Source: Eledone cirrhosa (taxonomy: Eukaryota). From it: a stretch of DNA of 64,000 bases. Below the pieces are notes generated by a model, which saw nothing but the letters and a program-made list of their open reading frames with translations, had not been told where the DNA came from and did not search any database. The translations under genes were made by a program, and so were the position numbers. The stretch is from contig OZ024744.1 in NCBI GenBank assembly GCA_964016885.1, forward strand, positions 65,844,001 to 65,908,000. Direction: 5' to 3'. This document shows positions 1-11,204 of the stretch, one piece after another. Positions within the stretch are counted from its first letter, which is position 1; each line of letters begins with the position of its first letter.

Positions 1-260
1 CACCACCATCATCATCATCAACATTGTTTTAAAGTCCACTTTACCTGCTAGCAAAGGTTTGATGAGTCTATATAGACCAAGTCAATACTGAAGCGATGGC
101 TACTGATCTCCCAGACAAGCCAAGAATCTGTTGTCTCGCTTATGTACAGTCTCACACACAGCTGAGGGTGCTCTCAACCCTTTATTTGGCAAGTCTTTTA
201 CGGTTTGATGCCCTTTCTATCACCAACTACTTCACAGCATATACTGAGTGTGTTTATCAT
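1..260 (-). mobile_element. 3' end of an RTE-type LINE/SINE with (ATG)n tail (older family; second copy at about 27940-28225)
   Basis: On the minus strand, a GTTGGTGATAGAAAGGGCATC motif and a CTAGCAGGTAAAGTGGAC...(ATG)n end. Clear similarity to 27940-28225. Confidence 0.55.
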
Positions 261-404
261 GGAGATCTCCAACATCAAGGTGACTATCATGTACTTAACA
301 TGACTGAAGGGTTTTCTCGACTCATAATTGTGAAATGATCCACGCAGCAATACCCACTTCCAGGCATTTAAATATGCTTTATTTACTTTATTTTAAAGTT
401 GTGA

Positions 405-745
405 ATTAGAAGAGTCATTAAAAAAGCCGGCCTTACCCAATTGCACCTCTCAAAGGCGTCATGCAGTAATACAGAAGACCTGACTTCCCACAGGTACAAG
501 CCGAAGCTGAAGCATAGAGACAATATGCCCCCACCCCATACTGTGAAGTGGACGTGTAGGTGCCACAGAAAAAAGCACCCATTACTCACTGTAAATGAGG
601 TTTGTGTTAGGACCGGCATCCAGCTGTAGAAATCAAGTCTGAATCAGTTCCTGTATGAGCAAGACAAGGTCAGCCGACTGGACACTGCCCACAACAGGAC
701 AACCCGTCTAACCCATGCTAGCATGGAAAAACGGACGTAAAATGG

Positions 746-780
<35 letters not shown>
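405..780 (+). mobile_element. RTE LINE-A 3' end fragment with (ATG)n tail
   Basis: Matches the 3' ORF end and 3' UTR of the 57-60 kb element (TTACCCAATTGCACCTCTCAAAGGCG...GTACAAGC...CATGCTAGCATGGAAAAACGGACGTAAAA(TGA)n). Confidence 0.8.
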
Positions 781-1205
781 AAAACGTCAGAATGCTTTTT
801 AGGAATTGTTCTGGCTCTTTGCACCCTGAGTTCAAATCCCGCTGGAGTCAACTTCATGTTTTATTCTTTTGAGGTTGCTAAAAAAAAGTGCCAGTCTAGT
901 TTTCTTCTGAATCTTTTCCCCACTTCCTCTCTCTCTTTCTTTGGAAGAAATCATATGTATTCAGTCCCAGAGAGGAATGATCTTGATTAGGCTTCAAATG
1001 CCCGAGACACATTGTATGTCACTACGGTGATCCCACAACTCCACCAGGAGTTATGGGTTAATACATACATACATACACACACATATACACACATACATAG
1101 ATACATACATACACTTTATTTCATCTGAAGAAAAAGTGTTTAACTAGTTATCTTGATTGGTAAGTTAGGTAGGTATGCAGGTAGATATATATATATATAT
1201 ATAAT

Positions 1206-1555
1206 GGAGGCACATGGCTTAGTGGTTAGAGCATTGGCCTTGCAATCGAAAGGTTGTGAGTTCAATTCTCAGACCGGGTGATGTGTTGTTTCCTTGAGCA
1301 AGACACTTTATTTCACATTGCTCCAGTTTACTCAGCTGTAGAATTGAGATGACAGGGACTGGGGTCCATATCATTCCACTGCAAAGTGGTCGTGTAGGTG
1401 CCACGGCAAAAAAGCACCCAGCACTCACTGTAAATGAGGTTGGTGTTAGGAAGGGCATCCAGCTGTAGAAATCAAGCCAAAATCAGTTCCCGTCCCACCC
1501 TTGCAAGCAAGGAAAAAGCGGATGTAAAATGAACTGATGATGATGATGATGATGA
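1206..1555 (+). mobile_element. tRNA-derived SINE family A, full length
   Basis: A box TGGCTTAGTGG, B box GAGTTCAATTC, CORE-like CCTTGAGCAAGACACTT block, RTE-derived tail, (ATG)n end. Many near-identical copies in the window. Confidence 0.9.
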
Positions 1556-1652
1556 TTGATAAATATATAGACAAACAGACAGACAGATAAACAGATAGAC
1601 AAATAGAAAGCTAGCTACAACAGAAACAGTATGAGTTGAAATAATATATTAC

Positions 1653-1797
1653 CTGTGAGGTATATGTCGTTGTCCATTGAGAAGAGCCAGTATAACATTT
1701 CCTAGTGCTGAAAGGCTCAGCGAGACATTATTAGGATCTTTCGACTTTGAGCAACTCCCAAGATCAATGAAATGTAAGCGACTCCTTCCACCAGCCA
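1653..1797 (-). CDS. KIF26: KIF26-like coding exon (switch II region)
   Basis: (V)[47 protein letters not shown](R). TTTAG acceptor, GTAAT donor, 145 nt. The gene continues beyond position 1. Confidence 0.92.
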
Positions 1798-1944
1798 CTA
1801 AATCAACCGAAAAATGTAAATAGTCAGTGAGGTCTATAAGGATTACGCTAGTCTGGTATAAACTAGTTTTAAGCTACTCCACAAGAAACTGAAATGAATT
1901 GTGAAGCATGCAGAACAATTTTCTTCCCACTATGTTGTAACAAG

Positions 1945-2162
1945 GTAGCAGATTAGCAGAATTGTTAGGGTGATGGAATAAATGCTTTGTAATATTTTTT
2001 CTGGCTCTTTACATTCTGAGTTCAAATCCCACTGAAGTCAACTTTGCCTTTCACATTTCCGAGTATAATCGAATAAAGTACCAGTAAATGCACTTGGTCG
2101 ATTTAATCGACTTTCCTCCCCTCAAAATTGCTGGCCTTGTACCTAAATCAGAGACCATTATT
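1945..2162 (+). mobile_element. tRNA-derived SINE family B (diverged copy)
   Basis: TTAGCAGAATTG...GAGTTCAAATCCC...CAACTTTGCCTTTCA...AAAGTACCAGT...TTGCTGGCCTTGT tail. Confidence 0.75.
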
Positions 2163-2715
2163 TGGACACACTGATTCTGAATGTGGTGTACATACCCCAT
2201 GGCGAGGATGTGTGGGTGGGTGTTTATGGGGGAATTTCAAAACTTTTTTTTTTTCTTTAGTAAATTTCTAAATTATAATTTTTGAATGATTTTATATTAA
2301 GTGGGAGGAAATTCATTTTAATCCATTTATCACCTACAGAATAAAAATAAAATATTTAAAACAAAATGATAATTAAAAAATCGGTAATACAGCTGAAATT
2401 TGGGGCTGACTATGCATTTGTTCTGTTTCTCAAGATTATATAAGGGAGAGATGCTAAGAGTGGCTTTGACTATCACTTGGAGAAATTATCTGACCAATGA
2501 GCAGTCATATGGGGACCTTCGTCCAGTATCAGACATTATTAAAGAATGTGGTCAGATTTGCAAGGCAGTACTGGAGAGCTAAAGACAAAACTGTTAGTGA
2601 AGTTTTTTGTGGGAGCTTACACAAGGAAGAGCTAGCAGGGGCCAACAAACCAAGACTTACATCAAGCAGATTTGTAACGACATAAACTGCAATTGCTCCG
2701 ACCTGTTGAATATGA

Positions 2716-3020
2716 ATAATTGTTTCTACTTTTGGTACAAGGCCAGCAATTATCCCAGTGCATTACAGGTACTTTATTTTATCGATCCCGTAAGGATGAA
2801 AGGTAAAGTTAACCTCAACGGGATTTGAACTCAGACCGTAAAGGGATGTAACTATTCTGGAAAGCATGGCGTCAATGACAATAATAATAATTTCTTGTAT
2901 AGGCACAAGGCCAGTAATTTGGGAGGAGGGAAAAGTCAATTAAATCGACTCCAGTGCATTACTGGTGTTTTATTTTATCGAACCCCATAAGGTAAAGTTA
3001 ACCATGGCGGGATTTGAACT
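2716..3020 (-). mobile_element. Two SINE-B fragments
   Basis: Reverse complement of the SINE-B body (TTTCTAC...CAAGGCCAGCAATT...TTTATTTTATCGA...GGATTTGAACTC), twice. Confidence 0.8.
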
Positions 3021-3732
3021 CATGTTGAATATGAATAATGATGATGATCATCATCAACGTTAAATGTCCATTTTCCATGCTAGCATGGGTTAGATGAGTT
3101 GCTCCGTTGTGAGACAAGCCCAGTCTGATGACCATGACTAGCTCATATAGGACTGGTTTGGGCTGGATGCCCTTCCTAACACCAGCTACATTTACACTGT
3201 GTGCTGGGAGCATTTTAAATAGAATTGGATGGTGACAGAGAGTCAAGAGAATCTGTGCAAGTAGAGTAACCTATTAATTAATAAAGATTTTTCAAATATG
3301 ACGTAGTAATACTCTGGTTTGTAGTGTATGTTATTAGCAACTATTTTGAAAATGTATTCATAGACTGTGTGTGATTTGAAGCAAACAGCAGTCAAAGATT
3401 GTGTACCTAACATTCAAGATTAATAATAGGTTTTCAGTAGATATCTTCTGAATGTGCTTTTGGAAAGCCCGCAAAAACCACGAGCTCAAATTTTTTCCTC
3501 CTTACATTGAACAAAAAGAAAATTAAACAAAGATCCCGGATGAACCCACAGCATGTGGTGATACACAAATAAGGGCAGCAGCAACAAACTTCTTTTGCAT
3601 CAATGGCCAACGAAGGAAGGCTGACTATAGAAAGTGTAGCATTGGTAGCAGTGCCCCAGCATGGCCTCAGCCTGTCGGCTGGAACACATACTAGAGTAAT
3701 AGAATATTAGCAAGTAAAATAAACAAACATAC

Positions 3733-3825
3733 CTCCTGGAAGTCCAGATTTATTTGTCTTTTCTACACGATATTGGTAAACATGTAGGGTAAAAAGCAAA
3801 TGAGAGTGGCGTAATTCTTCTTCAT
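3733..3825 (-). CDS. KIF26: KIF26-like coding exon (switch I region)
   Basis: (D)[38 protein letters not shown] acceptor, GTATGT donor, 93 nt, phase 1-1. Not in the ORF track; read manually. Confidence 0.92.
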
Positions 3826-4279
3826 CTGTAAAAGAAAACAAAAGATAAGAAAAAAGATGTCAGAATACATGAATGATTGTAACTAAATTTATATACATAT
3901 AAATATGGTGTTTTACTTTAAAGGTTTATGTGAACTAGATGCGTGAGTGTGTGTCTCCGTAAAACATACACTTACACACCAGGTCCAAACACAAGAGAAC
4001 CAAACTCCCACTGTCATTATCTGCATCTCTCCCACTCTCCCCATCTCTTAATATTATGAGCAAATGGGGACCCTAGCGCTGGCCACCCTGTGGCCCCGGT
4101 GGACAGAATGGAGAAGGTTTTTCCCTGGAGGATGGTGAAGAAGATGCACTGGAAGAGTCATTCCAGCTCGAAGCCATTTATTGTACTTGTTTTCAGTAGG
4201 AGCAAATTTGTTTCTTTTCATTTAGTTCATAATTTTGATGGAGATCTCCAACACAAATGTAGTGTATGAGAGAATTACT

Positions 4280-4835
4280 GTACGGTATTTTGTAGAGAAT
4301 TTCATATATTTTGTGGTGAATCTCAGGTATTTTGTTGAGAATCTCAGGTATTTTGCACAGAACTTCAGATATTTTGTACAGAACCTCAAGTATTTTGTAG
4401 AGAACCCCAGGTATTTTGTGCTGAATCTCAGGTATTTTGTAGAGAACCCCAGGTATTTTGTGGTGAATCTCAGGTATTTCGTGGTGAATCTCAGGTATTT
4501 TGAAGAGAACCCCAGGTATTTTGTAGAGAACCCCAGGTATTTCGTGGTGAATCTCAGGTATTTTGTAGAGAACCCCAGGTATTTTGTGCTGAATCTCAGG
4601 TATTTCGTGGTGAATCTCAGGTATTTTGAAGAGAACCCCAGGTATTTTGTAGAGAACCCCAGGTATTTCGTGGTGAATCTCAGGTATTTTGTAGAGAACC
4701 CCAGGTATTTTGTAGAGAACCCCAGGTATCTTGTGAATCTCAGGTATTTTGTATAGAACCCCAGGTATCTTGTGGTGAATCTCAGGTGTTTTGTATAGAA
4801 CCCCAGGTATCTTGTGGTGAATCTCAGGTGTTTTG
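4280..4835. repeat. 21-bp minisatellite (CAGGTATTTTGTAGAGAACCC / CAGGTATTTCGTGGTGAATCT)
   Basis: About 26 tandem units. Produces the spurious 7-aa-repeat ORFs at 4222-4899 and 4235-4756. Confidence 0.95.
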
Positions 4836-4861
4836 TATATGTGAATGTAAGGTTAATGGTA

Positions 4862-5174
4862 AAGACCCCTTTGGTCACAAATGACCATGGGATTTGCACC
4901 TAGAAAGTTCCCCCTCCAAAGCACAAGTCCGGGCAAGGTTGTTTATCGAAGAGCAGCAGGTACCTTCTCTACGCCACCTTTGTTGTCAAAAGGAAAGGCA
5001 AAGGCCAATACAGCCTGGCACCAGGGACGTTGTAACTCATCTACAGCTGAGTTAACTAGAGCAACATGAAATAAAGTGTCTTGCTCAAGGACACAACGCA
5101 TCACCCGGTCCGAGAATGGAACACACAGCCTCACGATTGCAAGCCCGACACTCTAGCCCCAAAGCCATGCGCCT
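4862..5174 (-). mobile_element. SINE family C (head related to SINE-A, different tail)
   Basis: Head AGGCGCATGGCTTTGGGGCTAGAG, CCTTGAGCAAGACACTTTATTTCA block, tail ...GGTGCAAATCCCATGGTCATTTGTGACCAAAGGGGTC shared with 18056-18380. Confidence 0.8.
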
Positions 5175-5493
5175 TTGTGTGTGTATGAATGTATGTATTA
5201 GATTTATGGAGATGTACTGAATCGTTTTTGCAAAAATTTCTCAGTTAATTGAAAATATGCCCACACATCCTTCTTAGTAGAAGAGAGGAAACATAAACGC
5301 AGTAATAATTATTAGTAGTTCTCTAAGAAAACAACAAAATTTATGCAATTAAAAATTAATTTGCCCCCAAAATATTAATTTGTATATTTAGGTCGAAATT
5401 TGGTTCATAGGAGTTATTTCCCTTAGCTCATATTTTTTTCCTTTTCAAGCTTGAGAGTGATAAAGTCATAAACTCTAACACTCGCTATATAAT

Positions 5494-5592
5494 TGTTTCT
5501 ACGTTAGGCACAAGGCCAACAATTAACCAGTGCATTACTGGTACTTTATTTTATCGACCCCGTAAGGATGAAATAAAGTACCAGTAATGCAC
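5494..5592 (-). mobile_element. Truncated SINE-B with short fold-back and 15-bp target-site duplication (TSD)
   Basis: CACTCGCTATATAAT at 5479-5493 and 5590-5604. Confidence 0.8.
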
Positions 5593-6276
5593 TCGCTATA
5601 TAATGAATGTATGTCGTCTGATAACATTCTATTACATTCCATTAAAAACCAGATTTCCTTATAAGTAAGTAAAATAACTGTGGGAAATTACTTTCTTGAA
5701 ATTATTTTCTGCAACTCTTTCTTTGAGAGTTTATAATAACCAACGCTATGTTTTTGTTTTGTTTTCTTTCTCCAACTAAGAGGCACATAGTTCAACTAAT
5801 TGAAAATCGTTTTTATATACATCATTCAATACATCTTTCTTAACTTATAGATTTAAATATTTACCATTGGCAAACTTGAGTTATTTCCCTTAGATAATTG
5901 CAATATTTGGTGTGTGTGTGTGTTTGCGAGTGTGCGTGTGCGCGTGTATGCATATAGGATGTGAACCATCACTTGATGATGATGATGATATCATCTATGT
6001 ATATACTTATCTGTATATCTATATATATACACAGGCGTACACGTGTTTATGTGTATGTATGAATGTCCTCATATCTATGTATGTGTGTGCGTGTGTGTGT
6101 TTGTATGTATGTATGTATGTGTGTGTGTGTGTGTATGTACATGTATATGTGTGTATGTACATATGTATGTGTGTATCAATGAATGTACGTACATGTGTGA
6201 GTGTGCGTACATGTAAGTTTTAATTGCAACTTAATAAGAGAAGGCTTGAAACCTGTTTCACTCGTAACTAACTCAC

Positions 6277-6435
6277 CAGATGTTGAACGTGCTGCAATTG
6301 CTGCATCGAGGTAGTAAGCAGCCTGATCGGCAGTTGGAGCCCTTAATTCACTTTGATTCTCCAGCTGGGTACCACAAATAGGGTCCTCACGAAGATACAC
6401 CCCTGGGGCAGTAGAGACACCTGTCTCTGTACCAA
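6277..6435 (-). CDS. KIF26: KIF26-like coding exon
   Basis: (V)[71 protein letters not shown] is typical of KIF26. TGCAG acceptor, GTGAGT donor, 159 nt, phase 1-1, in frame with the upstream exon. Confidence 0.93.
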
Positions 6436-6705
6436 CTGCAATGAAAAACACAAAACAGAATTGACAGTTAGATTTGATTGTTTAAGAAATAATTCTTAAT
6501 GTCTTTCGTTACCATATTTCTAATGAAAGACACTGCCTTAAAAGAAATTTGAAATAACCGAAAATTTGGAGGAATTTAGTCTTATAGCTATTAAGACTTT
6601 CATTACTATATTTCTAATTAAAGATACTACCTAGAGTTAAAAAAAAAAAAATCGAAACTAATCAAGAAATTTGGAGGGATTTAATCATATAACTAACCTT
6701 CTCAG

Positions 6706-6899
6706 GGCGGTGGATTGGCAGAATCGGTAGAGGGTCGGACGCCATGCTTTGTAGCATAGAGTTACGCTGCTTTACGATTTGAGTTCAAATCCCACTGAGG
6801 TTAACATTGCCTTTCATCCTTACGGGGTCGATAAAATAATGCACCAGTAATGTACTGGGATAATTGCTGGCCTTGTGCCAAAAGTAGAAACAATTATTA
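6706..6899 (+). mobile_element. SINE-B, full length
   Basis: GGCGGTGGATTGGCAGAATCGGTAGAG...GAGTTCAAATCCC...GCCTTTCATCCTTACGGGGTCGATAAAATAA...GTAGAAACAATTATTAA. Confidence 0.88.
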
Positions 6900-7324
6900 A
6901 CCCTTTCATTCCATATTTCTAATGAAAGACACTGCCTATGATTTTCAAATAATTTTGAAAATAATCAAGAATTTGGAAGGATTTAGTAATATAACTTTCT
7001 CATTATTAACTCTTTCATTACCATATTTCTAATGAAGATATCATGTTACAACAACTTTAGTATGGAACGGGCCATTGTTCTCTCTCTGTATCACACACAC
7101 ACGCACACACATTCACACACACACTAACCTACCTGTAGAACCAAACCAGAAATTAAACAGTTGATTGAGACAAGGTGTAAACTCTGGTTTTATATAGAGT
7201 ACAATTACATGAATAGCCTCTCCAGACCTCACAGTGTATCACCGTATCAAACCCAGTCTTGCAAAAGCAACAATAAATATATTTGTGAACTTTACAGAAC
7301 TGCCACTTCTTAGATTAGGGGATT

Positions 7325-8135
7325 AATAATTGTTTCTACTTTTGGCACAAGGCCAGCAATTACCCCAGTGCATTACTGGTACTTTATTTTATCTACCCCG
7401 TAAGGATGAAAAGCAAAGTTGACCTCGGCGGGATTTGAACTCAGAATGGAAAGGGCCGTAACTCTATGCGTCAAAGCATGACGTCCGACCCTCTACCGAT
7501 ACTGCCAGGGATTAATAATAATAATGGTTTCTGATTTAGGCACAAAGCTAGCAATTTTGGGGGAGTGGAAAATTGATTAAATTGACCCCAGTTTGTGACT
7601 GGTACTTTATCAACCTCGTAAGGTTGAAAGGCAAAGCAAACCTTAGCGGGATTTGAATTCAGAACATAAAGGGCCGTAACTTAAATGTTTCTACTTTTGG
7701 CACAAGGCCAGCAATTACCCCAGTGCATTACTGGTACTTTATTTTATCGACCCCGTCAGGATGAAAGGCAAAGTTAACCCCATAATAATAATAATGGTTT
7801 CTGATATAGGCACAAACAAGGCCAGCAACTTTTGGGGCAGGGAAAGACGATTAAATTGACCCCAGTGTATTACTGGTACTTTTTTTTATCAACCCCGTAA
7901 GGATTTGGATTAAGAATGTAAAGGGATGTAACTCTATGCCTCAAATCATTGTGTCCGATGCTCTACCGATACTGCCAATCCACTACTTTTAATAATAATA
8001 ATAATAATAATAATTGTTTCTACTTTAGGCACAAGGCCAGCAATTACCCAGTGCATTACTGGTACTTTATTTTATCGACCCCGTAAGGGTGAAAGGCAAA
8101 GTCAACCTCGGCGGGATTTGAACTCAGATCGTACA
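7325..8135 (-). mobile_element. Cluster of about 5 co-oriented SINE-B copies and fragments
   Basis: Repeated SINE-B tails separated by (AAT)n. The first copy is flanked by a GGGATTAATAAT duplication. Confidence 0.85.
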
Positions 8136-8198
8136 TATAATAATAATGATCATGTTCTTGCCATGTGTGCTTGGGTTATATGTCTATAGGTTTCTGGC

Positions 8199-8716
8199 CA
8201 GAGGTTTTGGTAGATAGGGCACTCTCAGATATACCCTATTGTGGTCAGAGGTTTTGGTGGTAGGGCACTCTCAGATATACCCTATTGTGGTCAGAGGTGT
8301 TGGTAGGTAGGGCACTCACAAATATACCCTATTGTGGTCAGAGGTGTTGGTAGGTAGGGCACTCACAGATATACCCTATTGTGGTCAGAGGTTTTGGTAG
8401 ATAGGGCACTCATGATATACCCTATTGTGGTCAGAGGTTTTGGTAGGTAGGGCACTCACAGATATACCCTATTGTGGTAAGAGGTTTTGGTAGGTAGGGC
8501 ACTCACAGATATACCCTATTGTGGTCAGAGGTTTTGGTAGATAGGGCTCTCACAGATATACCCTATTGTGGTCAGGGGTTTTGGTAGGTAGGGAACTCAC
8601 AGATATACCTTATTGTGGTCAGAGGTTTTGGTAGATCGGGCACTCACAGATATACCCTATTGTGGCCAGAGGTTTTGACAGGTAGGTCACTCATGGATAA
8701 ACCCTATTCTGGTCAA
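8199..8716. repeat. 47-bp minisatellite, about 11 copies
   Basis: Unit CAGAGGTTTTGGTAGRTAGGGCACTCACAGATATACCCTATTGTGGT, with an internal ATAGGG/CCCTAT inverted repeat. Confidence 0.95.
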
Positions 8717-9234
8717 AATCAACCAGGGAGACATCTTGCAAAGTAGGTGAACCTTGCTTTTGCTTCCTCTATAACAAGTCTCTTGATATATTCAGCAATC
8801 ACTTAGTATATTCAGTGAATAAGTACCAGTAATATATTGGGAAACAGCCTCGTGGGGCTGGGGACTTTGCTGGAAGTATAAGGGTTAGTGACGTCATGAG
8901 GCTGAAGGGTCATTCTGGATAGGATCAATCAGGAAGACATGCTGTGAGGTAGGAGAGCTACATTCTCCCCTCCTCTACAGCAATTAATTAAATCTAGACT
9001 TCTTTATATGAACATTTGATATAAGATATGTTGATTAAACAAAGATAATTTCTGTGATTTACATTTGTTTCTTAATCATTCAAGACATTTCAATGAATAT
9101 TATTTGTAATTTCATCATCTTTATTGACAGTAGGTCAATTTTTAATCAGTTTTATTTTTAATTTTTCTAATAGAAATAATTTATTTTGTAAGTTTGGTAG
9201 AATTACTTCTCCGAATTGAGAGTCACAACTCTAA

Positions 9235-9510
9235 TACTACGGGCATGAGGTTAGAATGTCCCAGGAAAAAAATCACTGGACAGATTTTAAGGGCGAAAAC
9301 AACAGGTAAACCCTGAGCAACTTGGGGATCCAGCTGGATCAGTTGGAGATGGTTGCTTCTGACAGGACCTGCTGGAAGGAGGAGGAGGACGAGGACGAGG
9401 AGGAGGAGGTGGAGAAGGAGAAGAAGGAGGAGGAGGAGGAGGAGAAGGAGAAGAAGAAGAAGAAGAAGAAGAAGAAGAAGAAGAAGAAGAAGAAGAAGAA
9501 GAAGAAGAAG
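9235..9510 (+). mobile_element. RTE LINE-C 3' fragment running into a (GAG)n/(AAG)n tract
   Basis: GGGCATGAGGTTAGAATGTCCCAGGAA...CTTGGGGATCCAGCTGGATCAGTTGGAGATGGTT is shared with 37200-37460 and 62400-62530. Confidence 0.7.
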
Positions 9511-10454
9511 CGTCTGGTAGAATATTCTTTAGAGTGGAGCTGGTTTTCAGACCAGAACACAACAGCCGAACTGAAACGCTCAAATGAGTTCATATTAGTA
9601 ACTTAGTTTCTCTGATATCATCCTAGCTGACTGGCAGTGATGGTGGGTTGGCAGAATCGGTAGAGCAGCATATTGAATGTTTTATAGTACTAGAATTTTT
9701 TTCAACATGCTGAGGCATATGTGTGTATGTGTGTGCAAGTGTGTATGTGTATATGAATACATTTATATGTATGAGTATATAAATATAAACACACAAACAC
9801 AGACACACTTACAGAAATACACACTCACAGACATACATTCACACAAACATACATACACACAAACACACACATACATATGCACACACACACATACATTCAC
9901 ATAAACACATACATTCACACAAACACACACACACACATACATTCACACACACATACATACATACACACAAACACACACATACATTCACACAAACACTCAC
10001 ATACATTCACACAAACACACTCACATTCACTTACACAAACACACACATATATACACATACACTCACGCACAGCGTAGTTTATTTCACCATCCCCTTCCTT
10101 CCTTTTAGACACACATACATTCACACAAGTAGCAGACGTCAAGAGAGAGGAGTAGTATGAGGTAGTCAAACTACTCCTCTCTCTCTTTATGTGTTGTGTC
10201 AGAATCACAGAAATTTACATATAGATTTGATTGCATCTGTTTATGTTCAGAGTTAGAATCCTGTTGAAATCAACATTCCCTTTCATCCCACTGGGGATAA
10301 GAACCATTCAATTTTTGCAATCAATCTTATTGACAGTTTTCTTCACACAGAAAAAAAAAAAAAAAAATGCCTGGCCTTCCTTGTACCAGTGTAAGAAATG
10401 CACATTATCCTGGCAGAAATCAATGAGGGTTTTGTTTCGGTCATAATAGCATCA

Positions 10455-10685
10455 TAATAAGTTTTAAATTTAGGCACAAGGCCAGCAATTTGGGGAAAAG
10501 GATAAGTCGATTAAATCAGTCCCAGTAATTTACTGGTGATTTATTTTATCGACCCCACACTCACCAGAAGGATGAAATGCAAAGTTGACCTTGGCAGGAT
10601 TTGAACTCAGAACATAAAATGCTGTAACTAAATGCTGCAAAGTATTTTGCTTGACACTCTAATGGTACTACCAATCATTCTACTA
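10455..10685 (-). mobile_element. SINE-B (diverged)
   Basis: GGCACAAGGCCAGCAATTT...TTTTATCGACCCC...GGATTTGAACTCAG. Confidence 0.75.
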
Positions 10686-10744
10686 CAATTGCAGTCTTTT
10701 ATCTTTGATCCAATATTGCATAACAGATCAAGGATTTACAGAGG

Positions 10745-11112
10745 ATATGCATAGACTGGAGCAACCATGAAGCAACCATGTTTTGTTGGATATGTAATGT
10801 AAATATGAGAGAAAGGCAGAGCTTAGATGAACTGAGAGAGAAGCTGGGTTTAAGGGGCATCCGGGATGGTGTGAAGAAAAGAAGACTGTGTTTAGTTACA
10901 GAATTTTATGTTCTGAGTTCAAATCCTGCAGAGGTCAACTTTGCATTTCATCTTTTTTTTTTTGAGGGTTGGGGTTGATAAAATAAATCACCAGTAAATT
11001 ACTGGACATGTGATGTGCACGGACAATGACTGATGGGTGAAAAAATGTTAGGAAATCACAGTGGAAGGAAGCCACAGTAGAGGATTACCATGAAAGACCT
11101 GGGCAGAGGTTG
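10745..11112 (+). mobile_element. Degraded RTE LINE C-terminal fragment interrupted by a SINE-B fragment (about 10895-11005)
   Basis: WICNVNMRERQSLDELREKLGLRGIRDGVKKRRL, resuming as GHVM...KKC...KTWAEV after the SINE. Confidence 0.7.
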
Positions 11113-11204
11113 CGTACATAAATTGTACATAAATTCGTACATAAATTGTATTGAAGGATATAGTTGGGTAGAATTAAAGTTGGAAGTTTTCTTTTATTTC
11201 TTAC

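Noticed and set aside
1206-1280. SINE heads as tRNA genes
   Set aside because: A and B boxes are present but there is no acceptor stem, and they run straight into SINE bodies.
4222-4899. ORFs open on both strands with 7-aa repeats
   Set aside because: A 21-bp minisatellite inside a KIF26 intron; the open frames follow from the unit length.
8199-8716. 47-bp repeats with a dyad, CRISPR-like
   Set aside because: Units are contiguous with no spacers.
9322-9606. Poly-Glu/Lys ORF
   Set aside because: A (GAG)n(AAG)n tract attached to a LINE-C fragment.
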